42,523 nt of DNA from Minisyncoccia bacterium (GCA_050292865.1 JBNKMC010000001.1:1-42523), one strand, 5' to 3'. Shown: positions 7,590 to 17,035, counted from the stretch's first letter. The notes: generated from the letters alone by a model not told the origin. Program-made: numbers and translations.

Positions 7590-9494
7590 ATGTCTATGAC
7601 AGGAAATGAAATTCGCGAGAGGTATTTAAAATTCATGGCTGAAAATGGCCATGCGGTTATTCCGAGTTCCGCCTTGGTACCAGAAAACGACCCAACCACG
7701 CTCTTTACCGGTAGTGGTATGCAGCCGTTGGTACCGTATTTGATGGGGGAGTCGCACCCCAAAGGGGTGCGACTAACGGACTCACAAAAGTGCTTCCGTG
7801 CCGAAGACATCGAGGAAGTGGGCGACAACCGCCACACAACTTTCTTTGAAATGCTTGGTAACTGGTCTCTCGGTGATTATTTCAAAAAAGAACAACTTAC
7901 TTGGTTCTACACATTCCTCACTAAAGAAGTTGGTCTAGATCCTAAAAACATCTACGTCACAGCCTTTATGGGCGACGAGAGCAACAACGTACCACGCGAC
8001 ACCGAAGCAGTAGCTATTTGGCAGGAACTTTTTGCCGCTGATGGTATTAGTAACGGCGTGAGTGAAATGGGTTCAGAAGAACAAGGTGGGGAACGCGGCA
8101 TGCAAGAAGGCGAGCGTATTTTCTACTATGACGCGAGCAAAAACTGGTGGAGTCGTGCTGGCAAACCAGAAAACATGCCGGTGGGCGAAATCGGAGGACC
8201 TGACAGTGAGACTTTTTATGACTTCGGCACTCCACACGATGAAAAATTTGGCAAATACTGTCATCCCAACTGTGACTGTGGCCGTTTCCTTGAAATCGGC
8301 AACTCGGTCTTCATGGAATACCTCAAGACCGAAGCTGGTTTTGAAAAACTTCCCAATCAGAACGTCGACTTCGGTGGTGGACTTGAGCGTATTGCCGCAG
8401 CTGCGGGTGGTGACGGTGATGTCTTCAAGGTAGACCTACTCTGGACAGTAGTTGAGCAAATCGAACAGCTGTCTGGCCAAAAATACGAAGATAACCTCGA
8501 AGCTTTCCGCGTCATTACCGACCACATCCGTGGTGCGGTGTTTATGATTGGCGATGGAGTACTTCCAAGCAATACTGAGCAGGGTTACTTCGTCCGCCGA
8601 CTCCTTCGCCGCGCTGTGCGCTACGCCGACATGCTTGAGGTACCGGCCGGAGAACTTAAGAACCTAGCCAACAGCGTTATCGACACTTACAAAGACCACT
8701 ACACAAACCTGGCTGACAAGCGCAGCGAAATCATCGACGCTATTGAGAAAGAAGAAGAGCAGTTCCGTAAGACACTGGAGAAAGGTCTGCATGAGTTCGA
8801 AAAACAAGATGTAAAAATAAACCTTGGTGACACAGAAAGTAATTTTCAAGGTATCGGAGGTAAAAGAGCCTTTGATCTCTTTACTACTTACGGTTTTCCA
8901 ATCGAGCTAACAATTGAACTAGCAAAAGAAAAGGGTAAAGAAGTCGATGTTGAAGAATTTAATCGTCTAATGGAAGAACACCGCGCGAAGTCACGAGCGG
9001 GTGCCGAGCAGAAGTTCAAAGGAGGACTGGCTGACCACTCTGACAAGGTAGTGCAGTATCACACCGCTACACACCTACTACTAGCTGCTTTGCGTCACTT
9101 CTTGGGTGACCACATCCATCAGGCTGGTAGCAACATCACCGGTGAGCGTCTACGCTTTGACTTCACTCATCCAGAAAAGGTAGAACGAGAAACTCTCGAC
9201 CAGATAGAAGACTGGGTAAATGACAAAATTGCACACGGTGGAGAAGTAACCATCGAAAATATGCCGAAGACCGAGGCAGAGGCCGACCCGACAGTGGAAG
9301 GAAGTTTCTGGGATCGTTATCCTGACGAAGTGAAGGTATACACCATGCACTTAGACAACGGAGAGGTGGTGTCACGCGAGCTCTGTGGCGGTCCACACGT
9401 ACAGAACCTCACCGAACTCACTCCGACCTTCAAAATCAAGAAGGAAGAATCTTCATCAGCTGGCGTGCGCCGCATCAAAGCAGTCTTAGAGTAA
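7590..9494 (+). CDS. alaS: Alanine--tRNA ligase, short form (634 aa) ending after the editing domain
   Basis: Class II AlaRS N-terminus (IRERYLKFM..GH, FTGSGMQP, WSLGDYFK). Editing-domain motifs HTATHLL and CGGPHV. Ends with ...SSAGVRRIKAVLE. Confidence 0.93.
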   Translation: MSMTGNEIRERYLKFMAENGHAVIPSSALVPENDPTTLFTGSGMQPLVPYLMGESHPKGVRLTDSQKCFRAEDIEEVGDNRHTTFFEMLGNWSLGDYFKKEQLTWFYTFLTKEVGLDPKNIYVTAFMGDESNNVPRDTEAVAIWQELFAADGISNGVSEMGSEEQGGERGMQEGERIFYYDASKNWWSRAGKPENMPVGEIGGPDSETFYDFGTPHDEKFGKYCHPNCDCGRFLEIGNSVFMEYLKTEAGFEKLPNQNVDFGGGLERIAAAAGGDGDVFKVDLLWTVVEQIEQLSGQKYEDNLEAFRVITDHIRGAVFMIGDGVLPSNTEQGYFVRRLLRRAVRYADMLEVPAGELKNLANSVIDTYKDHYTNLADKRSEIIDAIEKEEEQFRKTLEKGLHEFEKQDVKINLGDTESNFQGIGGKRAFDLFTTYGFPIELTIELAKEKGKEVDVEEFNRLMEEHRAKSRAGAEQKFKGGLADHSDKVVQYHTATHLLLAALRHFLGDHIHQAGSNITGERLRFDFTHPEKVERETLDQIEDWVNDKIAHGGEVTIENMPKTEAEADPTVEGSFWDRYPDEVKVYTMHLDNGEVVSRELCGGPHVQNLTELTPTFKIKKEESSSAGVRRIKAVLE

Positions 9495-9510
9495 AATAAC
9501 TCTCATATTT

Positions 9511-9550
9511 AAACACCCATTTAAATTGCAATTTAAATGGGTGTTTTATT
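9511..9550 (+). terminator. alaS terminator hairpin (17-bp perfect stem, GCA loop)
   Basis: AAACACCCATTTAAATT GCA AATTTAAATGGGTGTTT, then ATTT. Confidence 0.6.
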
Positions 9551-9756
9551 TGGAAATAAGTAGGAGTGGCGGATTGGTATTAAAAATCACCACCCCTCAA
9601 ATTAGTTCGGTTAATCGAACTAATTTAAGCTGGAAAAAGGTGGTGAATGAGTGGGGAAGCGAAGCTTCCCCACTCACCCTAAACCAATGACCAAACTCTC
9701 GGATATGAATATCCACTACTTTACAACTTGATGCGGCGGCCTGCGGCCGCCGCACG

Positions 9757-9762
9757 CTATAA
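9757..9762 (+). promoter_or_regulatory. TATAAT -10 box only 7 nt upstream of the ATG at 9770 (possible leaderless mRNA)
   Basis: CGCTATAATAAAGACATG read directly. No SD is possible in that space. Confidence 0.3.
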
Positions 9763-9769
9763 TAAAGAC

Positions 9770-10948
9770 ATGTTCAAACTAAGTTCGGGAGCAAAAACCG
9801 AATGTTGCCTGGTGGTAGATATCGGCTCTGGCAGTGTTGGTATGGCTCTGGCGGTAAATAAAACTAACGGGAAAATGTCAGATGTAATCTGGTCTCACCG
9901 TGAGGCTATTTCTATTAAAAAAACCACTGAACACCCAACCCTTAAAAAAATTGAAACCGCGCTACTAAATGGCTTTCTAGAATTTGGAGCAAACGGCTTC
10001 AAAGCCTTACGAGAACACAAATTACCAACCAAAATAGAATTGGTACAAGTGTCGGTCAGTGCTCCCTGGTCTCATACAGTGAGTAAATATGTAAATTATT
10101 GCACTAACACACCAGAAAAACCTTTTATCGTAAACGACGAGTTAATAGACCAGCTAGCAAAAGCAGCTGATAACGAAATCACCCGCAAAGCCGACGAAGC
10201 AAAAATCAAAGACAACGATTTGACAATTGTTCACCAACAAACCATCGACTACAAGGTCAATGGCTACCACACCACCAAGAAAAACACACTTGGAAACTGC
10301 GTGGAGGTGTCTCACATAACAGAATTGGTAGAAAAGAGCCTCGTCGACGCCATAAACGAATCAGCGGAAAAAATCCTCCCTTCAGCCGAGATTACCATAA
10401 ACTCATTCATGCATATTTATTATGCAGCCATGAAAAACATGCGGCTAGACACTAGTGAAGCATGCTTGCTTGATGTAACAAACGAAGCCATCGAGATTGG
10501 AATAGTGCGCGATAATATCTTGACCTACTCCACCCACACATTATACGGTTCGCACACTCTCGCTCGAGAGTTGGCAGACCTTTGCCGGATTCCAGACGAA
10601 GAGGCCTACGGTCTACTACAAGAAGAAACCGACAGCAAAACCAAAAAACTCCCCGTCAACAAGTGTGAACAAGCATACACAACCTTTTCTGCCCTCGACA
10701 TGAAACTTGCTTCGCTCTTCCACGAAACAGGGGACAATCTGTCGATTCCTGGCACGATTATTTTGCATACAGAGCGTGCAATCAGCGACTTTTTTGTTGA
10801 TCACATAAAAGCCGCTGCCAAGGACACGACCGGCCAAGACCATGTCGTATTACCAATAAGCACAAAGCTCTTTCCTAAGGCCAGCACCGAGGATACTGCT
10901 ATTTTGTTGTCTGTTTATTATTTTTCTAGGCAATTGGGCCAGAAGTAG
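9770..10948 (+). CDS. Actin-fold ATPase-like protein (FtsA/PilM-like) with a degenerate second phosphate motif
   Basis: VVDIGSGSVGMALAV phosphate-1-like motif. The later LLDVTNEAIEIGIV sits where DxGGGTT is expected. The ATG at 9770 is preferred over TTG 9728, which reads through a hairpin. Confidence 0.6.
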   Translation: MFKLSSGAKTECCLVVDIGSGSVGMALAVNKTNGKMSDVIWSHREAISIKKTTEHPTLKKIETALLNGFLEFGANGFKALREHKLPTKIELVQVSVSAPWSHTVSKYVNYCTNTPEKPFIVNDELIDQLAKAADNEITRKADEAKIKDNDLTIVHQQTIDYKVNGYHTTKKNTLGNCVEVSHITELVEKSLVDAINESAEKILPSAEITINSFMHIYYAAMKNMRLDTSEACLLDVTNEAIEIGIVRDNILTYSTHTLYGSHTLARELADLCRIPDEEAYGLLQEETDSKTKKLPVNKCEQAYTTFSALDMKLASLFHETGDNLSIPGTIILHTERAISDFFVDHIKAAAKDTTGQDHVVLPISTKLFPKASTEDTAILLSVYYFSRQLGQK

Positions 10949-10963
10949 TTATACTTAAGTATC

Positions 10964-12283
10964 ATGAGTCACAAGTGGAATTTGCAGGACATTCGTCCAC
11001 CAGAACCCCGCAAAAAACGCCGGGTAGAACCAGTTGAAAGAACTGCGGCACCAACTCCCGAGAGAAGGACTGCAGAAGTTAAACAAAACGGCGATTTACA
11101 CTTAAAGCAAACAACCGCCGGGAAAAAAAGCCGCAAGCCACTAGCTTTGGCTGCTGTTATTTTCCTAATAATTGTCGGACTTGGTTTAGTAGCCAGTCTA
11201 TTTATGCAGGGAGCCAAACTGACTGTTTTCCCTCGTTTTAAAGAACCAAACATAAACGCCACTTTCACAGCCTACAAAGAGCCCAAGGCAGGGGAGTTAA
11301 ACTACGAAATAATGACCCTAAATGCTGAGGGTGAGCGACAAGTAACTGCAACCGGCAAAGAAGAAGCGCACACGAAGGCAGAGGGAACTATCCTAATCTA
11401 CAACAAACACCAAAAAGGCTCGGTTAGATTGGTGGCTAATACACGTTTTGAAAGTCCAGAAGGTCTAATCTTTAAAATAAAAGATGCTGCTGTGGTACCA
11501 GGCTATACAAAAGACGCTAATGGAGAAATTGTTCCAGGTGTTGTTTCAGCTGATGTCTACGCCGATCAAGACGGCGAAAAATACAACTTGGCCCCGACCA
11601 GCTTTAAGATTCCAGGCTTTAGGGATTATCCTGAGTACGACACTGTTTATGCTGAGTCTGTCGAAAACATGACCGGCGGTTTCTCTGGTGAAAAATTCAT
11701 TATTGATGACAACGAGCTAAAGACCGCTCAAGACTCATTGCGAGAAGAGCTTAGAAATTCTTTGGCAGAGCGTGTAGACAGTGAAGCTCCGGCTGGTTTT
11801 ATAAAATTCAACGATTCTATAACTTACACTTACGAATCACTTCCATCCACAGCAGCTGCTGACAATCAAGCCACCATCAAAGAGAAGGTTGTTCTGAAAA
11901 TTCCTCTATTTAAAGACAGCAGCTTCGCCAAATACATGGCCAATGCTTCCGTTTCTGGTTACGAAGGGGCACCAGTACGTATCGAAAACGTAGACGCCTT
12001 GAAGTTTAGCTACACATCTGCCACCACATCAAAGAGTGATATTGCCGCGGCAGATTCAATCGAATTCAAACTAATAGGCAAGCCAACCATCATCTGGGAG
12101 TATGACGCAGACAAGCTAAAGACAGACCTCATCGATGCCAACAAGACAGCTTTGCCATCTATACTTGGAGGATATCCCGCTATCGAGCGTGCCGAAGCAG
12201 TTCTTAGTCCGTTCTGGAAAAAGAAATTCCCAACCGCTGCCAGCAAGATAGATATTGTAGAAGTAGTAGGGCAGGACAAATAG
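10964..12283 (+). CDS. Hypothetical single-pass membrane protein with a basic N-terminus and a large extracytoplasmic domain
   Basis: Lys/Arg-rich N-terminus, TM segment LALAAVIFLIIVGLGLVASLF, and a long beta-rich remainder. Confidence 0.7.
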   Translation: MSHKWNLQDIRPPEPRKKRRVEPVERTAAPTPERRTAEVKQNGDLHLKQTTAGKKSRKPLALAAVIFLIIVGLGLVASLFMQGAKLTVFPRFKEPNINATFTAYKEPKAGELNYEIMTLNAEGERQVTATGKEEAHTKAEGTILIYNKHQKGSVRLVANTRFESPEGLIFKIKDAAVVPGYTKDANGEIVPGVVSADVYADQDGEKYNLAPTSFKIPGFRDYPEYDTVYAESVENMTGGFSGEKFIIDDNELKTAQDSLREELRNSLAERVDSEAPAGFIKFNDSITYTYESLPSTAAADNQATIKEKVVLKIPLFKDSSFAKYMANASVSGYEGAPVRIENVDALKFSYTSATTSKSDIAAADSIEFKLIGKPTIIWEYDADKLKTDLIDANKTALPSILGGYPAIERAEAVLSPFWKKKFPTAASKIDIVEVVGQDK

Positions 12284-12299
12284 GTGTCGAAAGGGTCAA

Positions 12300-12342
12300 G
12301 GTTTCTAGGTGGCGAAAGCTGCGCTTTCGCCACCTAGAAACC
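12300..12342. terminator. Perfect hairpin (20-bp stem, TGC loop) with no U-tract
   Basis: GGTTTCTAGGTGGCGAAAGC TGC GCTTTCGCCACCTAGAAACC. Confidence 0.5.
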
Positions 12343-12385
12343 CCCCACAAACCAGATCAAAAAACAGCACTTGTGCAGAAGTGTG

Positions 12386-12414
12386 TTGACGTTTCTTGAT
12401 GTATTTGCTAGAAT
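12386..12414 (+). promoter_or_regulatory. Sigma70-type promoter of the infA/ribosomal-protein operon
   Basis: TTGACG (12386..12391), 17-nt spacer, TAGAAT (12409..12414), 12 nt before the infA ATG. Confidence 0.6.
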
Positions 12415-12426
12415 CACGCACGTTTA

Positions 12427-12654
12427 ATGGATCAATCACAGAAACAAGACGGGCTAATCTACGGAACTGTAGAGGAAATGTTTCCTAATGCTCTTTTTAG
12501 TGTCAAATTGGATGACACTGGAGAGATCATAAAAGCGAACATAGCTGGCAAAATGCGTCGCTATAGGATTCGCGTCTTGGTCGGTGATAAGGTTGCTATC
12601 CAACCCGATCAGTATGGTAGTCAACATCGCATTGTAAAACGCTTTAATCAATAA
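12427..12654 (+). CDS. infA: Translation initiation factor IF-1
   Basis: 75 aa, S1-like fold sequence (G.V.E..PNALF.V.L.....I.A.I.GKMR...IR...GD.V). Confidence 0.95.
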   Translation: MDQSQKQDGLIYGTVEEMFPNALFSVKLDDTGEIIKANIAGKMRRYRIRVLVGDKVAIQPDQYGSQHRIVKRFNQ

Positions 12655-12662
12655 ATAACTTC

Positions 12663-12779
12663 ATGAAAGTTCGTTCATCGGTCAAAAAGATCAGTCCGGA
12701 TGATAAAATCGTCCGACGCCGTGGTCGCGTATACGTGATCAACAAGTTAAAACCACGACATAAACAAAGACAGGGATAA
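12663..12779 (+). CDS. rpmJ: 50S ribosomal protein L36
   Basis: Below the track cutoff. I translated it by hand as [38 protein letters not shown], in the canonical position between infA and rpsM. Confidence 0.9.
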   Translation: MKVRSSVKKISPDDKIVRRRGRVYVINKLKPRHKQRQG

Positions 12780-12781
12780 AT

Positions 12782-13159
12782 ATGAGAATTTCAGGTATCA
12801 CAATTCCAGACGAGAAACATCTCGAATACGGTCTAACAGCCGTTCATGGTATTGGTCGTGCACGCGCGGCTGAAATCCTTGCAGAACTGGGAATCAAAGA
12901 ACACACAAAGCCAACCGATCTAAATACTGATCAGGAAAATGCTATTCGCGAAAAAGTTGAGTCCTTCACTATTGAAGGTGAGCTTAAGCGTACTGTAGCC
13001 AGCCACGTTAAGCGTCTAAAAGACATCAACTCATACCGCGGCTCACGCCACGCCAAACGACTACCAGCTCGTGGTCAGCGCACCAAAACAAACGCTCGTA
13101 CTCTTAAGGGAGTTAAGAAGACTATGGGGTCTGGAAAGCGCAAACTCGAAAAAACTTAA
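12782..13159 (+). CDS. rpsM: 30S ribosomal protein S13
   Basis: MRISGI.IP......L..I.GIG...A sequence and operon context. Confidence 0.95.
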   Translation: MRISGITIPDEKHLEYGLTAVHGIGRARAAEILAELGIKEHTKPTDLNTDQENAIREKVESFTIEGELKRTVASHVKRLKDINSYRGSRHAKRLPARGQRTKTNARTLKGVKKTMGSGKRKLEKT

Positions 13160-13192
13160 AATTCCTAAAATCAGCGCATTTGCAATCTTTTC

Positions 13193-13246
13193 GGAAAAAT
13201 TTCTTGGTCACTGTATATCCATATACACCTCCCGCGAAATTTTTCC
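13193..13246. repeat. 11-bp inverted repeat (GGAAAAATTTC / GAAATTTTTCC) in the unusually long rpsM-rpsK spacer
   Basis: Direct reading. Arms at 13193..13203 and 13236..13246. Confidence 0.6.
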
Positions 13247-13332
13247 TCCAAAGATTACAACTGCATCTGATTTTATAAATTTTGAAATTTTAGAAAATAC
13301 AAAACATTTATCAGTAACTTCACGAAATTCCT

Positions 13333-13764
13333 ATGGGTAAGAAAAGAATCATAAAAAAAGGTGGCGGGTCAGACGTAGCGGGAACATCTCGCGCGCTTAA
13401 CCGCGTACCTAAGAAAAAAGTAGCTTCTGGTCGCCTAAACATCGTTGCGACTTTCAACAACACTATCGTAACCCTCAGCGATCCTAAGGGTAACTCACTA
13501 ATTGCAGCCAGCTCTGGTGCAGTTGGTTTTAAAGGTTCTCGCAAGAGCACTCCTTTTGCCGCTGCTAAAGTAGGTGAAATCATCGGTGAAAAAGCTACAC
13601 AGATGGGCATGAAAGATGCTGCAGTTATCATCAAAGGTGTGGGTTCAGGTCGCGAATCTGCTCTTCGCGCTTTTGCCGGCAAAGGCATCGCTATTACCAG
13701 CATAACTGACAAGACACCGGTTCCGCACAACGGACCTCGTCCTAAGAAGGCACGTCGTGTCTAG
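13333..13764 (+). CDS. rpsK: 30S ribosomal protein S11
   Basis: NNTIVT..D..GN......SG..GFKGSRKSTPFAA motif. Confidence 0.95.
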   Translation: MGKKRIIKKGGGSDVAGTSRALNRVPKKKVASGRLNIVATFNNTIVTLSDPKGNSLIAASSGAVGFKGSRKSTPFAAAKVGEIIGEKATQMGMKDAAVIIKGVGSGRESALRAFAGKGIAITSITDKTPVPHNGPRPKKARRV

Positions 13765-13790
13765 TTTGTCATACTAGTAATTATTGAATT

Positions 13791-14399
13791 ATGAAAATAG
13801 GTCCAAAGTTTAAGATCGCCAAGCGCCTTGGAGCACCAATCTTTGAGAAAACTCAAACTCAAAAATTTGCTCTATCAGAGGCCCGCGCCGGTCGCGTCCG
13901 CAAAGGTCGTCCAGGTCAGATGAGTGACTACAAGCGTCAACTTATCGAAAAGCAGAAGATGCGTTTCACTTACGGCATTTCTGAGAAGCAGCTACGTCGT
14001 TATGTAGACGAGGCAGTTTCTAAGAGTCACCAGCCAATCGCGCTACTTATGCAGCGCCTAGAATCTCGTCTAGACAACACAGTTTACCGTCTTGGTTTAG
14101 CCAAGACACGTCGTCTTGCTCGTCAGATCGTATCTCACGGTCACATCACAGTAAACGGTAAAAAGATGACAATTCCTTCACACAAGGTTACCGAAGGAGA
14201 CATTATCTCTGTACGTGAGGGAAGTAAAAACTCTGGTTTGTTCATCACTCTTGCTGAGAAGCACGAGGCAGCCGGAGTACCAGCATGGCTAAAATTTGAT
14301 GTAAAGAAGATGGAGGGAACAGTTACCGCAACTCCAACTTACGAACCGTCTGAAACACTGTTTGACCCAGCCCAGGTAATGGAATATTACAGTCGTTAA
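13791..14399 (+). CDS. rpsD: 30S ribosomal protein S4
   Basis: S4 N-terminal and S4 RNA-binding domains (RLDN.VYRLG.A.TR..ARQ.V.HGHI.VNG). Confidence 0.95.
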   Translation: MKIGPKFKIAKRLGAPIFEKTQTQKFALSEARAGRVRKGRPGQMSDYKRQLIEKQKMRFTYGISEKQLRRYVDEAVSKSHQPIALLMQRLESRLDNTVYRLGLAKTRRLARQIVSHGHITVNGKKMTIPSHKVTEGDIISVREGSKNSGLFITLAEKHEAAGVPAWLKFDVKKMEGTVTATPTYEPSETLFDPAQVMEYYSR

Positions 14400-14427
14400 A
14401 ATTATTAACTTAGTAACCACCAAAACT

Positions 14428-15393
14428 ATGTTAGAAACAAAAGTATCTCTACCATCAAAGCCACGCGTTGTTAAAGAAGAAGAATTCCGTGGCATCTACG
14501 AAATCGATGGTCTATACCCAGGCTACGGTCACACTCTAGGTAACTCACTACGCCGCATCATCCTGTCTTCACTACCTGGATCTGCTATTACTCACGTAAA
14601 GATCACTGGTGCCGAACACGAGTTCTCTACACTAGCTGGCATCAAAGAAGATGTAATCACAATTCTTCTAAACCTTAAGCGCGTTCGTATCGCTTCACAC
14701 AGCGACGAGCCACTAACCATGACTCTTAAGAAGAAGGGTAATGGTATCGTGACAGCTAAGGACATTGATGCACCTTCACAAATCGAGATACTTTCACCAG
14801 AGCAGCCAATCGCTGAAATCACCAACAAAACAACTGAGTTGGAGATTGAGATGACTGTAGAAAATGGCATGGGCTACGTAGCTCGTGAGGTACACCAGAA
14901 GGACAAGGTGGAAGTTGGCGTTATTGCTATGGACGCTGTCTTTACTCCTATCCGCCGCGCTAACTACGAAGTAGAAAACATGCGTGTTGGTGACCGTACA
15001 GACTACAACCGCTTGCGTATCATGCTTGAGACAGACGGCACAATGACTCCTCGTGAGGCACTTGAGCAGTCTATCGAAGTTATGATTCACCAACTTAAGG
15101 CTGTCATCGGCTTTAAGGACGAAGAAGTTGAGGCTTCTGCTGTTACACCAGAGGTGGCTCCAGGTGAAACTGACGGAGAAGAAATTGATCCTGACGTTCT
15201 AAAGACTCGCATCGAAACACTTGACCTATCAGCTCGTACCCTTTCTGCACTAGAGGAAGCCAACATCAGAACTGTTGGAGGCCTTGTGCGAAAGAAAAAA
15301 GATGATATTCTAGCGCTCGACGGTATTGGCCCTAAAGGCGTAGAAGAAATTATCGACCTTCTTAAGACTATGGGTGCAACCCTAAACGATTAA
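14428..15393 (+). CDS. rpoA: DNA-directed RNA polymerase subunit alpha
   Basis: GYGHTLGNSLRRILLSS motif and C-terminal LDLS.R..N.L domain. Confidence 0.95.
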   Translation: MLETKVSLPSKPRVVKEEEFRGIYEIDGLYPGYGHTLGNSLRRIILSSLPGSAITHVKITGAEHEFSTLAGIKEDVITILLNLKRVRIASHSDEPLTMTLKKKGNGIVTAKDIDAPSQIEILSPEQPIAEITNKTTELEIEMTVENGMGYVAREVHQKDKVEVGVIAMDAVFTPIRRANYEVENMRVGDRTDYNRLRIMLETDGTMTPREALEQSIEVMIHQLKAVIGFKDEEVEASAVTPEVAPGETDGEEIDPDVLKTRIETLDLSARTLSALEEANIRTVGGLVRKKKDDILALDGIGPKGVEEIIDLLKTMGATLND

Positions 15394-15395
15394 TT

Positions 15396-15752
15396 ATGAG
15401 ACACGGAAACAAAAACAGAACACTAAACCGACCAACTCGTCAGCGCACCGCTCTGATGCGCGGTTTGGCTGTATCACTTATCGAACACGGTAAGATTAAG
15501 ACAACCGAAGCAAAAGCTAAAGAGCTTCGTCCTTTTGCAGAGCGTTTGGTAACCTACGCCAAAGAGGGAACAGTAGCTGCTCGTCGTAAAGCAGCGACTG
15601 CTCTTGGTGAACCAAAAGCTGAGACAATTAAGAAACTATTTGAGGAAATCGCACCAAAATTCAAGGAGCGAGCAGGTGGCTACACTCGTGTCATCAAAAT
15701 GGGTCGTACTCAGGCAGGTCGAGATGAAGCCGTAATCGAATACGTAGAATAA
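15396..15752 (+). CDS. rplQ: 50S ribosomal protein L17
   Basis: MRHGNK...L.R....R.AL...L sequence. Confidence 0.95.
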   Translation: MRHGNKNRTLNRPTRQRTALMRGLAVSLIEHGKIKTTEAKAKELRPFAERLVTYAKEGTVAARRKAATALGEPKAETIKKLFEEIAPKFKERAGGYTRVIKMGRTQAGRDEAVIEYVE

Positions 15753-16108
15753 TGCTTATGGAGAAACGAGAATATAAAATTGACGCAGCCGGCAAGCGCC
15801 TTGGCAAAATCGCTACTGAAGCTGCTACCTACCTACAAGGTAAGGATCAGCCAGATTTCGTAAATCACGTAGCTGCTCCTGTCACTGTTACTATCGAGAA
15901 TGTCAGCAAGATGGACATCCCCGAGAAGAAGAAAGGTGAAATTTACCAGTCATACTCTGGTTACCCAGGTGGTCGAAGCGAGGAAACTCTAGAACACCTA
16001 GGTGAGCGTCTCGGTTATGCCGAAGTAGTACGCCGCACAATCAAGGGTATGCTGCCAAAGAACAAACTACAGGCAGTAATGATGAAGAATTTAATCGTAA
16101 CTGAGTAG
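15752..16108 (+). CDS. rplM: 50S ribosomal protein L13
   Basis: GR.A...A..L.GK....F.. and MLPKN.L motifs. Start overlaps the rplQ stop (TAATG). Confidence 0.92.
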   Translation: MLMEKREYKIDAAGKRLGKIATEAATYLQGKDQPDFVNHVAAPVTVTIENVSKMDIPEKKKGEIYQSYSGYPGGRSEETLEHLGERLGYAEVVRRTIKGMLPKNKLQAVMMKNLIVTE

Positions 16109-16113
16109 ATATT

Positions 16114-16515
16114 ATGGCAAAAGGTACATACATTGAAGGCATCGGACGTCGTAAGACAGCATCTGCTCGCGTACGACTAACTCCAGCCAAAGAAACATCA
16201 ATCACCGTAAACGGTAAAACTCTAGCTGACTACTTCCAGAACGAATCTTTCGAAAAGAAAGTTATGTCAGTTCTAAAGACAGAAGAAGCAGGAGTAGGCG
16301 ACTACGAAATTACCGTTAAGGTAGCCGGTAGTGGTCTCTCAGCACAGTCTGAAGCAGTCCGCCTCGGCATCGCTCGCGCTCTCGTAGCAGAGAAGGGTGA
16401 ACGCCGCAGCATCCTTAAACCTCTTGGTTTCCTTATGCGCGACCCTCGCTCAGTGGAACGAAAGAAGTTTGGTTTGCGTAAAGCTCGCCGTCGACCTCAG
16501 TGGTCAAAGCGTTAG
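16114..16515 (+). CDS. rpsI: 30S ribosomal protein S9
   Basis: GRRK.A.ARV.L and the C-terminal ...RD.R..ERKK.G..KARR..Q.SKR. Confidence 0.95.
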   Translation: MAKGTYIEGIGRRKTASARVRLTPAKETSITVNGKTLADYFQNESFEKKVMSVLKTEEAGVGDYEITVKVAGSGLSAQSEAVRLGIARALVAEKGERRSILKPLGFLMRDPRSVERKKFGLRKARRRPQWSKR

Positions 16516-16544
16516 AAAAAAGAGCCCTTGTGGGCTCTTTTTTC
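16501..16544 (+). repeat. Direct repeat copy A: last rpsI codons (TGG TCA AAG CGT TAG) plus the rpsI terminator hairpin and T-run
   Basis: TGGTCAAAGCGTTAGAAAAAAGAGCCCTTGTGGGCTCTTTTTT. Compare copy B at 17036..17080. Confidence 0.85.
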
Positions 16545-16606
16545 ACGCTTCGACCGCGCAAGAATTTATCGTAATTGTATCCCTGACAAGGTGACATGAA
16601 AATGCT

Positions 16607-16900
16607 ATGCTTAGTGTAATGAGTAAAAATGAATTTGTAACACATGCTTGTGAACAAGTACTACGATTTACACAAGTAAATACTTGGGATGATTTGTTGG
16701 AGGAAAGAAAAGTGCAGCTTGGCTTTAACATGGGAGCGATGGCACTTGGTCTAGAACTATCAAAAGATGATGGCTTTCTTGCACTTGCCAATGTTCGCCA
16801 AGGCATACTTTCGATGAAAGAATTTCGTAATCATTTACAAACACTTATTGAAAAACACAAAGTAGCGGTGAGTGAAGAAAATATAGCAAAACCATTTTAA
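16607..16900 (+). CDS. Hypothetical protein (97 aa) inside the cassette between the duplicated rpsI ends
   Basis: Only sizeable ORF in the insert, followed by its own terminator. No recognisable motif. An alternative start is the ATG at 16619. Confidence 0.5.
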   Translation: MLSVMSKNEFVTHACEQVLRFTQVNTWDDLLEERKVQLGFNMGAMALGLELSKDDGFLALANVRQGILSMKEFRNHLQTLIEKHKVAVSEENIAKPF

Positions 16901-16961
16901 GACAGAATTATACAAGCTAGAGTTGGGAGAATCTTGGTTCAGCTTAATTTAAAAACCAAAG

Positions 16962-16991
16962 CAAAAGGCCGGGACTAGTCCCGGCCTTTTG
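16962..16991 (+). terminator. Intrinsic terminator of the cassette ORF
   Basis: CAAAA GGCCGGGACTAGTCCCGGCC TTTTG. Confidence 0.7.
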
Positions 16992-17035
16992 CCGCACACT
17001 GCCACATATCCAAAATTTTCCGTTTTGGTAAAGCG

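Noticed and set aside
9639-9684. 11-aa ORF (MSGEAKLPHSP) preceded by AAGGTGGTGA
   Set aside because: The peptide is encoded entirely by a perfect hairpin, and the SD-like sequence is itself the 3' arm of another helix. An RNA or DNA structure is the more likely explanation.
13071-13730. ORFs 13071..13340 (+) and 13320..13730 (-) around the rpsM/rpsK spacer
   Set aside because: They overlap the rpsM and rpsK coding sequences out of frame or antisense. The spacer part alone is too short and too AT-rich to be coding.
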